Source of the DNA: an uncultured Planctomycetaceae bacterium
Lineage (GTDB): Bacteria > Planctomycetota > Planctomycetia > Planctomycetales > Planctomycetaceae
DNA length: 64,000 bases
Assembly (NCBI GenBank): GCA_963815195.1
Contig: CAWFGE010000013.1
Location: forward strand, 640,001 to 704,000
Reading direction: 5' to 3'
The notes under the pieces are model-generated. The model searched no databases and was not told the DNA's origin. It was given only the letters and a program-made list of their open reading frames with translations. This document shows positions 62,235 through 64,000 of this stretch, piece by piece (positions within the stretch are counted from its first letter, which is position 1; each line of letters opens with the position of its first letter). Made by a program: the position numbers and the translations under genes.

Positions 62235-62705
62235 TCAGCTTTTGTCGCGTTTGAGGATCAACAAGAATTGGCCCTTCACCGTTTCAAACGTTTTGGGCCG
62301 TTCGCGCCGGGCGACGCACCAGTACAGCGTGTCTTTTTCCAGCTTGTAGATGCCGATCCACGTTTCTTTTCTGCCGCGAGCGTTCGTTTTTAGGCCGTCC
62401 AGGTGCACTGGATTGGCTTTGAGGTCCAGCGAATAAGACCCTTCGCCGTGGTCGATCGACTCGCCGCCCTTGAACTCGGTGCCTTTGATCTTTTCCCGGG
62501 TGATGGAGAGTTCCAATTTGACGGGACCCTCGTCGGGCTTCTCTCCTTTGCCTTCCACGGCAAACCCGCGCCAGACCCCGGACAGATTCTTGCGTGCTTG
62601 AGCCTCGGCGGACGAAAGCGGTTCCGCCCCTCTGGCATGCCCCACACCGATGAGAACAGCAAATGCAACACACGCGACCCAATGATGAGTGAATTGTTTC
62701 ACCAT
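62235..62705 (-). CDS. Secreted TIGR03067-like planctomycete domain protein
   Basis: LSGVW, LDLKANPVHLD, GIYKLEKDTL.WC..RPKTF. Confidence 0.8.
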   Translation of the reverse strand: MVKQFTHHWVACVAFAVLIGVGHARGAEPLSSAEAQARKNLSGVWRGFAVEGKGEKPDEGPVKLELSITREKIKGTEFKGGESIDHGEGSYSLDLKANPVHLDGLKTNARGRKETWIGIYKLEKDTLYWCVARRERPKTFETVKGQFLLILKRDKS

Positions 62706-62775
62706 CTCTCCCCTTTCGCGGATCGGCCACTGTCCAAAGATCGAAACATAAGCGCCAAGCACAAAATGGTTTCTC

Positions 62776-63753
62776 TCAAAACAGATGGTAGGCTTTCTTG
62801 TCCCAGGCGTCTGCCAACTCGGGATCTTTCGCTCGCCTGAGCAAATCGTAGTAGCTGTAGGGATACTTAAAGACATGCCCGATGCCCAGCGCGTGGTCGC
62901 CGCGCTTTTCCCAGTATTTTTTGTCCTTGGGCCTGAGTGGGCTCGGCTTGTGATCGGGAAACCGCCGATCCTTCGGTCCCGGACCTTGCCGGGTGACGGT
63001 GACATACTTGCGAAATGCCGTCCGGCAACTCTCCGCCAACTCGACGTCTCCCATTGCGGCCAGTTCGATGAGAGCCTGCCCGAACGTCAGCATGTGCCCT
63101 GCGAATCCCTGCCCGAATCCGACGAAACGATCAATCGAGGCCAGAGCTTCTTTCAAGACGAATCTCGAGGCGGCTTGCGATTCGGCGAACGGCGGCGGAT
63201 CGACCTTCGGGTCGGGCTTTTCATCCCGCCAGGGTGTGAATGACCGGATCAGGCGGCAAACCCCATCGATCCGCTCGGGGGTCGCGGCACTCGGCAGGAG
63301 ACGGAAGGCCCGGATCGCCAGCATCGCGAAAATGGCATTGTGCCCGACTTGCCTTAACACCTCGCCCCCTTCACGGAGGGCATCGCCAATTTTCGAGATG
63401 CCCTTTTCGTTCGCTTCGGTTTCCGGAAACGGGGCGCACAACTTCGTGGACGACCAATTCAGATTAAAAAGTTCCACAATCCGCGAGTGGGCGGCCTCAT
63501 CCAATTTGTTCTCGACGCAGAGCAGATGGGCCGCCACCAAACTGGCCCCGCGATGCCCGTCCGCGAAGTAGTTCATTCCGGGGGACCGCGCAAGAGCGTT
63601 GAGTCCCAACAGGACCAGCCCTTTATCCGTTTTGTCCTGTTCCGCTGGCGGTGGATCGGCTGCCAATTCATAACCGAGCGGTCCCATCAAAAGGCCAGCG
63701 ATGCCGGCCGATGTCTGGATCGAAAAGTCCCTGCGGTTCAGATGGCTTTCCAT
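62776..63753 (-). CDS. Tat-exported hypothetical protein with four GH motifs
   Basis: NRRDFS twin-arginine signal; DGHRG, VGHNA, AGHML, IGHVF. Confidence 0.72.
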   Translation of the reverse strand: MESHLNRRDFSIQTSAGIAGLLMGPLGYELAADPPPAEQDKTDKGLVLLGLNALARSPGMNYFADGHRGASLVAAHLLCVENKLDEAAHSRIVELFNLNWSSTKLCAPFPETEANEKGISKIGDALREGGEVLRQVGHNAIFAMLAIRAFRLLPSAATPERIDGVCRLIRSFTPWRDEKPDPKVDPPPFAESQAASRFVLKEALASIDRFVGFGQGFAGHMLTFGQALIELAAMGDVELAESCRTAFRKYVTVTRQGPGPKDRRFPDHKPSPLRPKDKKYWEKRGDHALGIGHVFKYPYSYYDLLRRAKDPELADAWDKKAYHLF

Positions 63754-63937
63754 GAAACACACCTCCAACGAACGAAGCGGCAAACGGGCGAATTCCAACA
63801 ATTGCATTATCAGCGTACGGAACCGGATTCGCCAGTGAGCAGACTCGTTTTTGAACCGCCCAGCCCGCGGAAGTTGAACCGTCCCGGACTCTGGAGTATC
63901 GTCGAAAGCATCCTTTCACATCCTCAGCGAGGCCGCG

Positions 63938-64000
63938 ATGAAATCGACCATCCCATATTCTGTCCTGCTAATCGGGATTCTCTTGGCGGGGAACACAGTT
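63938..64000 (+). CDS. Start of a probable secreted protein, runs off the window
   Basis: GAGG RBS; MKSTIPYSVLLIGILLAGNTV signal-peptide-like. Confidence 0.5.
   Translation, partial: MKSTIPYSVLLIGILLAGNTV

Overview
GC-rich bacterial chromosome segment, very probably from a planctomycete: it has three CSPTR sulfatases, a TIGR03067-like protein, TPR/peptidase and Ser/Thr kinase architectures, and lpxD. About 50 CDS are present, mostly housekeeping (lpxD, queA, coaD, glyQS, psd/pssA, ribE, rsmA, guaB, glpD, three Hsp20s), plus one tRNA-Gln(TTG) with a decayed integrase fragment beside it. There is no CRISPR array and no intact mobile element. About a dozen single-base frameshifts, including in guaB and queA, are most simply read as sequencing or assembly indels. 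Intergenic DNA is dense with at least seven families of palindromic REP/REPIN-like elements and with inverted heptamer arrays, one pair of which brackets a lower-GC SMI1/KNR4 gene inserted between psd and pssA. Best candidates for undescribed systems: (1) a speD, DUF4178-like, small GGK-tailed membrane peptide, DUF350-like and membrane aminopropyltransferase operon; (2) a translationally coupled dCache receptor Ser/Thr kinase plus an FHA-linked class III cyclase with a non-canonical nucleotide-specificity residue; (3) tandem secreted Gly/Tyr prion-like proteins next to a metalloprotease. Other oddities: a circularly permuted alkaline phosphatase, a ketosynthase lacking its catalytic Cys, an ABC protein with a degenerate ATPase site, and a low-GC insert inside GlyRS. 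All family names come from motif recognition by eye, not database searches.
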